Of a stretch of DNA of 64,000 nucleotides, positions 49,273 to 59,928 are shown one piece after another. Made by a program: the position numbers and the translations under genes. This stretch comes from Gammaproteobacteria bacterium (GTDB taxonomy: Bacteria > Pseudomonadota > Gammaproteobacteria > Pseudomonadales > Pseudohongiellaceae), in assembly GCA_018401885.1 (NCBI GenBank), contig JAGYKB010000011.1:4575-68574 (forward strand), read 5' to 3'. The number at the start of each line of letters is the position of its first letter. Position 1 is the stretch's first letter. Below the pieces are notes generated by a model. That model worked only from the letters and a program-made list of their open reading frames with translations. It had not been told where the DNA came from and ran no database searches.

Positions 49273-50433
49273 CTAGCGCACCGGTTGAGTAACGCGATGG
49301 GTCTGAATAGACATGAGCAGCCCAAATCCGATAAACAGCGTTACAACCGCTGTCCCGCCCCGAGAGATAAGAGGCAGAGGCAATCCAATTACGGGTAATA
49401 GCCCCGATACCATCGACATATTGACAAACAAATACAGAAAAAAAGTTAGGGTAATGCTGCCTGCCAACAACCGGCCGAACATGTCACTCGCCGAGAGTGC
49501 GATGCGTGCGCCTCTGATAATCACAAAAAGATAGAGTGCGATAAGCACCAACACACCAATAAGTCCAAATTCCTCGGCGAGAACAGCCAAGATAAAGTCC
49601 GTGTTGCTTTCTGGAATAAAGTCTAAGTGTGACTGCGCGCCATTCCCGTAGCCTTTCCCATAAATACCACCGGAGCCGATAGCAATCTGCGACTGAATGA
49701 TGTTATAGCCAGCGCCAGTAGGATCTCTATAGGGGTCGAAAAAGGTCAGTATCCTATTCTTCTGGTGCGGCTGCGCAAGGAACAAATACCATGCAGGTGA
49801 GGCGATTACCGCTGCGAAGATTCCCGCGAAAACAACTCGCCATCGCAGCCCCGCAAGGAGCACAACAAAAATGCCCGACATGGTAACCATGAGCGCGGTG
49901 CCCATATCATTCTGAAGAACAATGAGCGCAGCTGGCAATAACGTAAAAACACCAGCCCAAAAGACGTGTTTTAGATTGGGCGGGAGCGCGCGGCTCGCGA
50001 GATACCATGCAAGAAGCATTGGGACAATAAATTTCAGCAGTTCAGAGGGCTGGAAACTAGGTAATCCAGGAAGATCCAACCAGCTTTTTGCCCCATTTTT
50101 CTCAGCCCCAATCACAAGCACGAGGCCAAGTATGAACAACGCCAGGACATAGGCTGTAGGGGCCCATCGACGATAAAATTGACTATCGAATTGTGCAACA
50201 GCGCACATCACGACAAGGCCGATTCCCATCGTTCCTGCCTGCCGAATAATCGTTTCGGGGTCTCCCCCCGTAGCACTGTTGAGCACGAAGAGTCCAAAAC
50301 CGCAAAGGGCCAACAACCCAGCGAGGAGTATGGGATCAATGTGAATTATCTGCCAAAAGCTGCGCAGCCTGCGGGGCTGAGAGAAACTGACATTCGACTG
50401 CCTGACAAAATCTCGATTACTGGACGCCTTCAC
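49273..50433 (-). CDS. mrdB: Peptidoglycan glycosyltransferase RodA (SEDS family)
   Basis: 386 aa, polytopic. SEDS motifs (...QPSELLK..., ...TDFI..., ...GLPLPLISRGGT). Confidence 0.93.
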   Translation of the reverse strand: MKASSNRDFVRQSNVSFSQPRRLRSFWQIIHIDPILLAGLLALCGFGLFVLNSATGGDPETIIRQAGTMGIGLVVMCAVAQFDSQFYRRWAPTAYVLALFILGLVLVIGAEKNGAKSWLDLPGLPSFQPSELLKFIVPMLLAWYLASRALPPNLKHVFWAGVFTLLPAALIVLQNDMGTALMVTMSGIFVVLLAGLRWRVVFAGIFAAVIASPAWYLFLAQPHQKNRILTFFDPYRDPTGAGYNIIQSQIAIGSGGIYGKGYGNGAQSHLDFIPESNTDFILAVLAEEFGLIGVLVLIALYLFVIIRGARIALSASDMFGRLLAGSITLTFFLYLFVNMSMVSGLLPVIGLPLPLISRGGTAVVTLFIGFGLLMSIQTHRVTQPVR

Positions 50434-50493
50434 ACCAGCGCCTCTCTCGACCCGACTCCTCTGCCGATGACTAAGCGAATACCTCTTCCATGA

Positions 50494-52542
50494 CTAATCA
50501 TGTCGATGACCTTCATGCTCGGCATTGACGGCGACAAAGCTGGGGGAGTTTTCGTCTGCCTGTCGCACGCGATCAGAGCCCTCGCTAAGCAGGGCATCAG
50601 GATCAGTGGCAAGCGCTGTAAAATCTATTTCTAGGATATCGAGAAGAAAGGAATCAATAATCGCTTTGGCGACAGGACCAGCGACACTGCTGCCATGCTG
50701 CCCATTCTCAACAAAGACTGCGACAGCAATCTGGGGATTAATCGTTGGATGCTGTGCCGGAGCATAGGCAACAAACAGCGCGTGGTCTTTATTCAAATCA
50801 GACACATCGATATCCTCACTCTGAAGAATATCTTGAGCGATGCTCACGACTTGAGCCGAACCCGACTTTCCAGCCATTTTATAGGACATATCGCGATCAG
50901 CCCGAGCGATCGCTTCATAGGCGGTACCATAGTCTCTGAACACCTCAGAGTACGGCCTATGTACGACCATCGTCATCGACTCTTCAATGTAACGCCAATG
51001 TTCTGGATTATCTACCTGCACGTTGCCTGCGGGGTTTGGGTCTTGCGGCTGAAAAGGCTCTCCGTCAATCGCCGCAAGCATTCTTGGCTTAACGACAACC
51101 CCTTTGTTGGCCACGATCGCAGTTGCAGTCGCAAGCTGCAGAGGGGTGGCCCACATATAACCCTGCCCAATTGAGGAATTAATCGTATCACCCGGATACC
51201 ATGGCTCATTTCGCGTTGCCTGCTTCCACTCTCGCGAGGGCAGCACGCCGGTTCGTGCGTACCCAACATCGAGCGCGAAATTTTGGCCAAAGCCAAACTG
51301 ACTCAAAAAACTATGAATGGTATCGATACCCATCCGATACCCAAGGTCGTAAAAAAAGGTATCGCAGGATTGAAAGATTGCGCGCTGAAGATTTGTCTCG
51401 CCATGGCCGCCGCCGATGGCTGTTCGCAATGTGTAGTCACCCCATCGGTAGCGTACACCGGGAAGCCTGAAATAACCGGGGTCTTGAATCACCGTGTCGG
51501 TGTCGGTAAAACCGTGCTGCAAACCACCGAGACCGATAAAAGGCTTTACCGTCGACGCCGGAGGGTAGGGATTCACGGTCCTGTCGAATAATGGCGTATT
51601 GACAGTGTCGGTTATGAGCTGCGAGTAGTCGGCATTGCTTATTCCTGTCACGAACAAATTAGGATCAAATCCCGGCTTACTGACCATTGCTAGGATTCCA
51701 CCGGTTGTAGGATCGATCGCCACAACCGCGCCCCGATGCTCACCTAAGGCTTCGGTAGCGACACGCTGCAATCGATTTTCTAGGTAAAGCGTCAGGTTCT
51801 TACCGGCAATTGGGTCCGTGCGTTCAAGCCGACGCATGACCTGACCGCGATTGTTCTTCTCGACTACTTCGTAGCCTACCTCGCCGTGTAGAAGAGCCTC
51901 ATAGGTACGCTCGATTCCTGTCTTGCCTATGTGATTCGTTCCGCCATAATTTTCACGCACATCCTCGGCAAACGCGCCGAGCTCTTCACGATTGATCTCA
52001 GATACATAGCCAATCGCGTGCGCGTTGAGTTCACCAGTAGGATAGCTGCGCACAAATTGGGGCTCAATGCTAATACCAGGAAGACGATGCGCATTGACCG
52101 ACACTCGCGCCTTTTCCTCTTCGGTGAGGACATAGCGAAGTGGAACTGAGGAGAAAGGGACTCGACGGCGCTTGAGCCTTTCTCTGAATTGCTCAACATC
52201 CTCTGGAGCGAGGCGAATAAGAGAGGATAACAGCTCGAGAGTCGCCTCGATGTCATCGACCCGCTCTCTCACAACCGAAAGATTAAAGATCGGCTGGTTG
52301 TCAGCAAGCAGTTCGCCGCTTCGATCGTATATCAGCCCGCGTGCGGGGGGCACATACTGCGAGTGAAGCCGATTGCCATCTGCTCGCGCAGCAAAATAAT
52401 CGTATTGGGTGACTTGAAGATTAATGAGTTTGACAAGCAGTGCAGCGAAGAGAAACGCAACGACGATGCTCGCAACGAGCATGCGTCTAGCGAAAAGCCT
52501 TCGTTCAGCCTCACGATCTTTGAGCTGCCACCTACCTTCCAC
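50494..52542 (-). CDS. mrdA: Penicillin-binding protein 2 (elongasome transpeptidase)
   Basis: 682 aa. Motifs STVKP, SSIGQG and KSGSAQ. Sits between rlmH and rodA. Confidence 0.93.
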   Translation of the reverse strand: MEGRWQLKDREAERRLFARRMLVASIVVAFLFAALLVKLINLQVTQYDYFAARADGNRLHSQYVPPARGLIYDRSGELLADNQPIFNLSVVRERVDDIEATLELLSSLIRLAPEDVEQFRERLKRRRVPFSSVPLRYVLTEEEKARVSVNAHRLPGISIEPQFVRSYPTGELNAHAIGYVSEINREELGAFAEDVRENYGGTNHIGKTGIERTYEALLHGEVGYEVVEKNNRGQVMRRLERTDPIAGKNLTLYLENRLQRVATEALGEHRGAVVAIDPTTGGILAMVSKPGFDPNLFVTGISNADYSQLITDTVNTPLFDRTVNPYPPASTVKPFIGLGGLQHGFTDTDTVIQDPGYFRLPGVRYRWGDYTLRTAIGGGHGETNLQRAIFQSCDTFFYDLGYRMGIDTIHSFLSQFGFGQNFALDVGYARTGVLPSREWKQATRNEPWYPGDTINSSIGQGYMWATPLQLATATAIVANKGVVVKPRMLAAIDGEPFQPQDPNPAGNVQVDNPEHWRYIEESMTMVVHRPYSEVFRDYGTAYEAIARADRDMSYKMAGKSGSAQVVSIAQDILQSEDIDVSDLNKDHALFVAYAPAQHPTINPQIAVAVFVENGQHGSSVAGPVAKAIIDSFLLDILEIDFTALATDPDALLSEGSDRVRQADENSPSFVAVNAEHEGHRHD

Positions 52543-52639
52543 TCTTCACTCCGCTTCTCACCGTCAGTAGCTTTGACACCGTCTGTGCTCGAAAGTTTTA
52601 CCTATTATCAGGACCGCTGCTACCGCTCTATTCCGATAC

Positions 52640-53110
52640 TCACGCCCGGTGGTATGGGTGCCCTTTGCTCAGGCTGCTCGCGCGATAGAGTTGCTCAACC
52701 ATTATTACGCGCACCAGAGGGTGAGGTAATGTCATCGCCGAAAGCGACCAGCTCTCATCAGCACGTGCTGCGCATGCCTTAGACAAACCATCGGGACCAC
52801 CAACCAAAAGGCAAATATTTCGACCTTGGCTCTTGAAGTGCTCGAGTCTCGCGGCGAGCGCCGGTGTATCAAGCGGCCTACCTAACACTTCAAGGCTTAC
52901 TACGTAATCGGCGTCTTGCACGGAAGCTAGAATCGCCTCGCCCTCTTTCTCCCGACATACCTCGGGGCTCTGAGCCTTGGTGCGTTTGGCCATCGGGAGC
53001 TCTAGGAGACTAAAGCCCAAATCACCAACGATTCGTTTACTGTATTCATCGACCCCTTCCTGCACCCAACGCGGCATTTTGGTACCAATGCTAATTAGCT
53101 TAAGCTTCAT
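52640..53110 (-). CDS. rlmH: 23S rRNA (pseudouridine1915-N3)-methyltransferase RlmH
   Basis: 156 aa SPOUT fold (...LLVGGPDG...MTLPHPLVRVIMVEQLYRA). Confidence 0.93.
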   Translation of the reverse strand: MKLKLISIGTKMPRWVQEGVDEYSKRIVGDLGFSLLELPMAKRTKAQSPEVCREKEGEAILASVQDADYVVSLEVLGRPLDTPALAARLEHFKSQGRNICLLVGGPDGLSKACAARADESWSLSAMTLPHPLVRVIMVEQLYRASSLSKGHPYHRA

Positions 53111-53489
53111 GCTCGGCTGCGGTCTCGGTTGGGATTTCCTCAGCTAGCGGCTTAAAACTCCAGAGCTCCTCCAAATTATAGAGCGCGCGCATCGGGGCAA
53201 TCATTAGATGGACAACAACATCGCCGAGGTCGACTAGCACCCATTCTGCCGCTATTTTGCCCTCAATGCTTTTAACGGTTTGCCCAGCCTCTTTTGCCGC
53301 CTTATCGACTGAATCGGCAAGCGCTTTCACATGCGTACTAGACGAACCGGTAGCGATAACCATGAAGTCTGTAATCGAGGTCAGCCCTTTAACGCTAATG
53401 CTGCGTATCTCCTGCCCCTTCATGTCACCAAGCGCAGTGACTGCCAGTTCGGCTAACTGGTCGCTTTTAAGTGCCTTTAAGTTTTTCAA
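53100..53489 (-). CDS. rsfS: Ribosome silencing factor RsfS
   Basis: 129 aa. ...ITDFMVIATGSSSTHVKALADSV...WVLVDLGDVVVHLM...YNLEELW. Confidence 0.9.
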   Translation of the reverse strand: MKNLKALKSDQLAELAVTALGDMKGQEIRSISVKGLTSITDFMVIATGSSSTHVKALADSVDKAAKEAGQTVKSIEGKIAAEWVLVDLGDVVVHLMIAPMRALYNLEELWSFKPLAEEIPTETAAEHEA

Positions 53490-53545
53490 TACTTATTCCT
53501 TATAAATCATATAATTAAAATAATTAAATAAAGTTGAATCTACAT

Positions 53546-54205
53546 CTATCTGTAGAGGTCATGAGTCTCGATATAAGCGCGCACTGTGGCTGGTAACCAA
53601 TCATCTAGTCTCTTATCTGTAGATTTAGTGCGATCATTTACCTCAGAAAGCGCCGCGCGAACACGGGTAGACGACAAGTGATTCTGTAACTCGTCCAGCA
53701 GAATAATTTTGCCTCTGCTGCCCTCGAAAAGCGCCTCTGGGCTTCCCACCATTCGCGAAGCGAGCTGAGTTAGCTCTGCGCTTTCGCGCGATACAGATAT
53801 CTCAGGACGTGAAACCACCGCGAGTAGATTCTCATCCAAAAGCCGCTCCCATCTGTCCCAGAGAGGCAGCCCCTCGAACGCATCTCTTCCAAGCACTAAG
53901 ACGAAATCCGTGCTCGGATCGTCGTTCTTTAACTGCGCGAGCGTATCGATACTAAAAGAGACACCCTCACGCTCGAGTTCGATAGGGCTCGCGACGAGTT
54001 GAGCGCTGCCTGCACACGCGAGAGTCAACATCTCGAGGCGCTGAGCACCAGTCGCACTCGCTGCATGCCGGTGATTAGGAAGTTTACAGGGTACAAAAAG
54101 CACGCGATCGAGACTCAGCGCCCCGAGCGCGAGCTCGGCTACGGCGAGATGACCACAGTGCACTGGGTCAAACATTCCACCGTAGACACCGACTCTCTTA
54201 CTCAT
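53546..54205 (-). CDS. nadD: Nicotinate-nucleotide adenylyltransferase
   Basis: 219 aa. [12 protein letters not shown] nucleotidyltransferase motif and a C-terminal SSTRVR-type motif. Overlaps proA by 4 nt. Confidence 0.9.
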   Translation of the reverse strand: MSKRVGVYGGMFDPVHCGHLAVAELALGALSLDRVLFVPCKLPNHRHAASATGAQRLEMLTLACAGSAQLVASPIELEREGVSFSIDTLAQLKNDDPSTDFVLVLGRDAFEGLPLWDRWERLLDENLLAVVSRPEISVSRESAELTQLASRMVGSPEALFEGSRGKIILLDELQNHLSSTRVRAALSEVNDRTKSTDKRLDDWLPATVRAYIETHDLYR

Positions 54206-55461
54206 GTGCGGATATGCCCATCCCCTAACACGATATATTTCTGCGAAGTCAGGCCTTCTAAACCCACGGGGCCTCGCGCATGAAGTTTATCAGTCGAAAT
54301 ACCAATCTCAGCACCGAGACCATATTCGAAGCCATCGGCGAATCGAGTCGACGCGTTAATCATTACCGAACTGGAATCCACTTCGCGCAAAAAACGCTGC
54401 GCCTTCGTGAAATTCTCGGTGATGATGGATTCCGTGTGCCCCGAACTGTAGCGGTTGATATGAGCTATTGCTTCATCCAAGCCACTGACAACCTTCACAG
54501 ATAAAATTGGGGCGAGATATTCCTCTCCCCAGTCTTCCTCTGTCGCCGCTATCGCCTTCGGGACTAGGGAACGTGTTTTGGCACAGCCCCTTAGCTCCAC
54601 CGAATGTTTGTCAAATTCGGCGGCGAGCGCGGGCAAGAGCGCGTCTGCGATTGCGTCGTCGATAAGTAATGACTCCAGCGTGCAGCAGGTCCCATAACGC
54701 TGAGTCTTGGCGTTGATTGCCACGCGCACCGCCTTATCGAAATCAGCATCTGACTCGATATACAGGTGGCAATTGCCGTCGAGATGCTTGATCACGGGCA
54801 CGCGGGAATCGCGACTGATACGTTCGATCAACCCCTTACCACCGCGTGGAACAATGACATCGACAAACTCAGGCATAGTAATCAAATGACCTACCGCGTC
54901 TCGATCCGGGCGGTTTAGTACTTGGACGGCATCGGCGGGCAGCCCTGCCTCAGCAAGCCCTAACGTTATGCAGCGCGCAATCGCTTGATTAGAATTCAGG
55001 GCCTCCGAGCCACCGCGCAGGATCGTCGCATTGCCCGATTTGAGGCAAAGACTCGCAGCTTCGCAGGTCACATTCGGGCGCGACTCATAGATGATCCCGA
55101 TGACACCCAAGGGCACACGCATACGCCCTACCTGAATACCGCTAGGTCTTGGTTTCATCTCGCTAATGCTGCCGATGGGATCGTCGAGCGCAGCCACTTG
55201 CCGAAGCCCTTCGAGCATGGCATCGATGCGTGCAGTCGTCAGTTCTAAGCGATCGAGTAGCGCAGCATCTAGCCCCTTTCCTTGGCCCGCCTGCATGTCT
55301 AGCGCATTCGCCTCGAGGAGTACCTCACGCGCGTCATCGATATGCTGGGCTATAGCCAGTAGCGCCGCGTTCTTTTGACCCGTAGTCGCTTTAGCAATAG
55401 AAGCTGACGCATCGCGCGCGCGTCTACCTAGGTCGATCATATAGGCTTTAAGATCTGTCAT
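54202..55461 (-). CDS. proA: Gamma-glutamyl phosphate reductase
   Basis: ALDH-type sequence (...[10 protein letters not shown]..., ...[17 protein letters not shown]..., ...HTESIIT...). I prefer ATG 55461 (MTDLKAYM...). The listed ORF starts at 55497. Confidence 0.93.
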   Translation of the reverse strand: MTDLKAYMIDLGRRARDASASIAKATTGQKNAALLAIAQHIDDAREVLLEANALDMQAGQGKGLDAALLDRLELTTARIDAMLEGLRQVAALDDPIGSISEMKPRPSGIQVGRMRVPLGVIGIIYESRPNVTCEAASLCLKSGNATILRGGSEALNSNQAIARCITLGLAEAGLPADAVQVLNRPDRDAVGHLITMPEFVDVIVPRGGKGLIERISRDSRVPVIKHLDGNCHLYIESDADFDKAVRVAINAKTQRYGTCCTLESLLIDDAIADALLPALAAEFDKHSVELRGCAKTRSLVPKAIAATEEDWGEEYLAPILSVKVVSGLDEAIAHINRYSSGHTESIITENFTKAQRFLREVDSSSVMINASTRFADGFEYGLGAEIGISTDKLHARGPVGLEGLTSQKYIVLGDGHIRT

Positions 55462-55636
55462 CTGCGTCCCTAACTCGGCGCGCACCATATGACGCACGCA
55501 ACGTAACTATGTATTTCTCTAAGTATACCCTACGCTAAGCCTCGCGGTCTGCCGCCCAACGCTAAGAGATTGGACACAGGCGGGGGCTAGCGCTTATCCT
55601 CGGACGTTATATTTAAACGCGAGATAGCCACCTAGA

Positions 55637-57193
55637 ATGACTGAACCCCCCGAGCAGCTCACAGACCAGAATACCAAGCCGACGAACCGCGCGGCAGGCC
55701 AACCAGGTGAGACCGATGCCAAAATAGCCACGCAGAGCGAGGCGACTATTTCGCAAGCACTCTTGCCGGTTGCAGCGCTCGTGCTGATGCTATCCCTGTC
55801 GGTCTATTTATTCGGGGAAGACGCAAGCTACGGGGCAAATCAGATCGCACTCTGCATCGGCGCCGCCATTGCAGCGGCTATCGGCTGGCGCAACGGACTA
55901 AGCTGGGAGGATACCGAAGACGCCATCATTGCTGGTATAACTGTCTCACTTAAACCTATCCTCATTTTGTTTAGCGTAGGCGTGTTGATCGGCACCTGGA
56001 TTCTATCCGGCACGGTGCCGACCATGATCTACTACAGCCTCCTCATACTTGATCCGTCTATTTTTTACGCTGCGAGCTGCCTGATTTGCGGACTCATCGC
56101 TCTGAGTATCGGCAGCTCGTGGACTGTCGCCGGTACTGTAGGCATTGCGCTCATTGGCGCTGCCGCCGGCCTCGGCCTGTCGCTCGAAATCACCGCGGGC
56201 GCGATCATCTCCGGCGCTTATTTCGGCGACAAAATGTCACCCCTATCAGAGACAACAAACCTCGCGCCGGCGGTTGCTGGAACGGATCTGTTTAGTCACA
56301 TCGGCCATATGGTTTGGACAACTTTACCCAGCATCGTTATCGCGCTACTGCTTTATCTTGTGCTCGGATTCAATATCGATACGAGCGCGAGCGCCGACGA
56401 TCTCGCGATAACGATGCGGCTAATCCAAGACAATTTCACCATCAATCCGCTGATGCTAATACCGGTCGCTACCCTGCTCTTCATGGCTAACAAACGCCTA
56501 CCCCCAATACCCACGATTCTCGCAGGCGCCCTTATTGCAGTCGTTTTAGCTCTCGTTTTTCAGCAGCCCGCTCTGGCAGCGATGTCGGGTGATTCATCAT
56601 CTTTGACACTCGGCATTATCAAAGGCATTTGGCAGACGCTTTTCGATGGCTTCGTTCTCGACAGCGGCAATACAACGCTTGATGATTTAATGACGCGCGG
56701 CGGCATGAGTTCGATGCTCAACACGGTTTGGCTTATTCTATGTGCTATGGTTTTTGGCGCCGCGATGGACTTCAGTGGGCTGCTGCGCTGCCTAGTGACC
56801 TACGCGCTTTCATTCGTCCACAGTACGGGAAGCCTGATTGCGACAACGATTGCAACCTGCATTGGCGCGAATATCATCACCTCAGACCAATACATCGCGA
56901 TCGTATTGCCTGGCAGGATGTATAAGCAGGAATACGCGAATCGCAATCTTGACCCGAAAAACCTCTCTAGAACGTTAGAGGATGCAGCGACCATGACTTC
57001 GCCTCTGATCCCGTGGAATACCTGTGGCGCCTATATGGCTGGAACGCTGGGGGTGGCGACTTTCGCCTATCTTCCCTATTGTTTCTTTAACTTGATTTGC
57101 CCCGTCGTCGCCGTCATTTATGGCTTCTTGAGCTTTAAAATAACTCTGCTCGATGAACACGGCAATGAGACTCCCGTGCCGTCGAAAGCCTAG
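55637..57193 (+). CDS. nhaC: Na+/H+ antiporter, NhaC family
   Basis: 518 aa, about 11-12 TM, with NhaC-like layout and motifs (...SPLSETTNLAPA..., ...PWNTCGAYM...). Confidence 0.8.
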   Translation: MTEPPEQLTDQNTKPTNRAAGQPGETDAKIATQSEATISQALLPVAALVLMLSLSVYLFGEDASYGANQIALCIGAAIAAAIGWRNGLSWEDTEDAIIAGITVSLKPILILFSVGVLIGTWILSGTVPTMIYYSLLILDPSIFYAASCLICGLIALSIGSSWTVAGTVGIALIGAAAGLGLSLEITAGAIISGAYFGDKMSPLSETTNLAPAVAGTDLFSHIGHMVWTTLPSIVIALLLYLVLGFNIDTSASADDLAITMRLIQDNFTINPLMLIPVATLLFMANKRLPPIPTILAGALIAVVLALVFQQPALAAMSGDSSSLTLGIIKGIWQTLFDGFVLDSGNTTLDDLMTRGGMSSMLNTVWLILCAMVFGAAMDFSGLLRCLVTYALSFVHSTGSLIATTIATCIGANIITSDQYIAIVLPGRMYKQEYANRNLDPKNLSRTLEDAATMTSPLIPWNTCGAYMAGTLGVATFAYLPYCFFNLICPVVAVIYGFLSFKITLLDEHGNETPVPSKA

Positions 57194-57238
57194 TGCAAGA
57201 AACTGCCGAAAAAACCTGTCCGCAGCCGCGACCCAACC

Positions 57239-57601
57239 TCAGTTCAAGGCAATATTGAGAAACGCGAGAAGCTCGTTACGGGAAAGTCCACTCTTGATCA
57301 ACGACTCCTTTACCGGTTTCGTCAATTTCTTCACCCGGTGCTCTGCCTGCAAGGCAAGCGAACGCGAGCCGAGAACCAGTGAGTACTCTATCGCTACAAG
57401 CGACTTTCCCCGTAGCGAACGAGAACCGCGACCCGCCTTGTGCTCATTGAAACGGCGCTCAACGTCGGTACTAATACCCGTGTAAATGCCCCCGTCTTCG
57501 CGACGCAAAAGATAAAGACTCCAGCAAGGGTTGGCTTTTGGGGGCGCGCTATCAGCCTCTGCCTCGACCACTTTTTTAGCCTCTTCCAACGTAGCTTGCA
57601 T
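57239..57601 (-). CDS. GIY-YIG nuclease-domain small protein (YhbQ/UPF0213-like)
   Basis: WSLYLLRREDGGIYTGISTDVERRFNEHK...EYSLVLGSRSLALQAEHRVKKL. I prefer ATG 57601. The listed ORF start 57679 overlaps the upstream gene. Confidence 0.72.
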   Translation of the reverse strand: MQATLEEAKKVVEAEADSAPPKANPCWSLYLLRREDGGIYTGISTDVERRFNEHKAGRGSRSLRGKSLVAIEYSLVLGSRSLALQAEHRVKKLTKPVKESLIKSGLSRNELLAFLNIALN

Positions 57602-57626
57602 TGATTCTGTAGCGCTATTCACCGGA

Positions 57627-58481
57627 CTAAAGTACTTGCCAATGAGATTCATCGAACTGCGCCTTACCCTCTTTCGCAAGCTTAATCAGATGCGCCCTCA
57701 TGGTTCGCTTCGCCCATGGTAGTAGATGCTCTCCAACATCATCGTAAGCGCTGATAACAAGCTCATCTTCGGTACACGGAGCTAAAAGTCGCATACGATC
57801 GAAAATTTTTGCTTCGCGCTTGAGGCGATGCGCGATTAGTTTCTCGATTTCTGCAAAAGGCGCCAGCATAACCTCCCCATGCGCTGGCGCAAGCGAGATG
57901 AGAGGTAGCGACAGCAGGCGCTCGAGAGACGAGAGATATTCGCTCATATCACCGTCTGGCGGCAGGATCACGGGAGTTGTCCCTTGCAGTACATGGTCTC
58001 CGGTGAACAAAAGACCCTCTTCTTTAAGCAAAAAGCACAGATGATTCGAGACATGACCGGGGGTGTGAATCAATTGCAGTGAATAGCATCCCGCTGTGTC
58101 CTGACATTCGATTATGTCACCGTCGGCACAGGCGATATCCGAGACGAAGCTATGATCCTGACCGGGCGCCTGCGGTGCATTCAAACCAATTAATGTCGCG
58201 CCGGTATGTTTGGCGAGCGCGAGCGCGCCAGGTGAATGATCCCCATGGGTATGAGTCACCAAAATGTTCACAAGACTCGAGTCACCTATCGCAGCCAAAA
58301 AATTCTTAAACTGCTCAGCATCGATTGGTCCTGGATCGATTAGCGTGAGTTTGTCCGTCCCGATAAAGTAGGTATTGGTTCCTGGTCCGGTCATGGGCCC
58401 AGGGTTCAACCCGAGAACTCGGCGCACGCGCACCGCTTTGGTCTCTATCTCGACAGGCACACCCGGTTGTAAAAGACTCAC
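57627..58481 (-). CDS. MBL-fold metallo-hydrolase
   Basis: 284 aa with the motif THTHGDHSPG and downstream His/Asp ligands. Confidence 0.8.
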   Translation of the reverse strand: MSLLQPGVPVEIETKAVRVRRVLGLNPGPMTGPGTNTYFIGTDKLTLIDPGPIDAEQFKNFLAAIGDSSLVNILVTHTHGDHSPGALALAKHTGATLIGLNAPQAPGQDHSFVSDIACADGDIIECQDTAGCYSLQLIHTPGHVSNHLCFLLKEEGLLFTGDHVLQGTTPVILPPDGDMSEYLSSLERLLSLPLISLAPAHGEVMLAPFAEIEKLIAHRLKREAKIFDRMRLLAPCTEDELVISAYDDVGEHLLPWAKRTMRAHLIKLAKEGKAQFDESHWQVL

Positions 58482-58706
58482 CTGCTCATCTCCTTTTGTG
58501 CGTTTATGCCTTGTTTCGAAAATTCATGCAACGCCTACTATATTACGTCGAATACTAACGCGAACTGAGCCACCACCCCAACCTGCCATGATCATCAATC
58601 AGTTACTGCCTGCGTCTGGAGTTCGATCGTGTTTCGCTTCATAATCCGTTGCTATTCAAAACGACGACAATTTGGGCGCCAGCTAGCAATAAAAACAGGG
58701 AAGCAC

Positions 58707-59885
58707 ATGTACACAATAAAAACCTATAACCAAATCTCGAACCGTGGCCTCAGCCGCTTCCCTGCCAGTAATTACACTGTTTCTGGAGAGTCTACAGAGG
58801 CCGACGCGATTATGCTGCGTAGCCATAAGCTATCGATGGATGAAGTGGGCGGCTCGCGCGCCGTAGCAAGAGCCGGCGCAGGCACCAACAATGTTCCTGT
58901 AGCGGAATGTACAGAGCGAGGGGTCGTTGTCTTTAATACACCGGGCGCTAACGCTAACGCTGTAAAAGAATTAGTGCTTTGCGGCCTCCTTCTCGCTTCA
59001 CGCGGCATCATTCCGGGTATCGCTTTCGCCGAGTCACAGGCGCACCTGAGTGATCATGGCGAGCTTTCAAAATTAATGGAGCAAGAGAAGAAGCGCTTTG
59101 CAGGTAGCGAGATCGCGGGCAAAACTCTGGGCGTAGTTGGTCTCGGCGCGATCGGCTCGCTTGTCGCCGAGATGGCGATAGGCCTCGGTATGAAGGTTAA
59201 TGGTTTCGATCCCGCACTTTCAGTCGAGGCAGCTTGGCGCCTGCCCAGCAAAGTTAAACGTATAGAGAGTCTCAGCGCGCTAGTTGCGAACTCAGACTTC
59301 ATTACCCTCCATTTGCCGGCAATTGACGCCACGCGCGGGCTAATTAACGATGAACTTTTCGATGCGATGCGCCCCGGCACCTGCCTAGTCAACTTCGCTC
59401 GCGATGAAATAGTCGACGCCGATGCGCTCCTGAGAGCACTTAACGACAACAAGCTAAGGCGCTATGTCTGCGATTTCCCACGCCGTGAATTGATGGGACG
59501 TGACGAAGTTATCGCGATGCCGCATATCGGTGCCAGCACGCAAGAGGCCGAAGAAAACTGCGCAATCATGGCGGCGGATCAATTGATGGATTTTCTCGAG
59601 AATGGGCACATACGTAACTCGGTAAATTTTCCAGCACTCACACTCGACAGAGCCGAGGGCGCTGCGCGCGGCACACGCTTAGCTATAAGCAATCGCAATG
59701 TGCCCAAGATGCTTGGGCAGATTCTCGCCGTGCTCGCCGATCAAAATATCAACGTATTAGATATGATTAATAAAAGTCGTGAGGACATCGCCTACAACCT
59801 TATCGATCTCGAGAGCGAGCCTTCGGCGGATTCACTGGCTGCTATTGCAGCAATCGATAATGTCATTAAGGTCACGCTGATTTAG
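58707..59885 (+). CDS. serA: D-3-phosphoglycerate dehydrogenase with C-terminal ACT domain
   Basis: Rossmann motif GVVGLGAIGSLVA. 2-hydroxyacid dehydrogenase catalytic region (...NFARDEIVD...MPHIGAST.EA) and an ACT-like tail. ATG 58707 is preceded by AGGGAAG. Confidence 0.87.
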   Translation: MYTIKTYNQISNRGLSRFPASNYTVSGESTEADAIMLRSHKLSMDEVGGSRAVARAGAGTNNVPVAECTERGVVVFNTPGANANAVKELVLCGLLLASRGIIPGIAFAESQAHLSDHGELSKLMEQEKKRFAGSEIAGKTLGVVGLGAIGSLVAEMAIGLGMKVNGFDPALSVEAAWRLPSKVKRIESLSALVANSDFITLHLPAIDATRGLINDELFDAMRPGTCLVNFARDEIVDADALLRALNDNKLRRYVCDFPRRELMGRDEVIAMPHIGASTQEAEENCAIMAADQLMDFLENGHIRNSVNFPALTLDRAEGAARGTRLAISNRNVPKMLGQILAVLADQNINVLDMINKSREDIAYNLIDLESEPSADSLAAIAAIDNVIKVTLI

Positions 59886-59928
59886 CGCGTAATAAATAAA
59901 CAATTAAGTAACTTTCTGGGAAAACGCT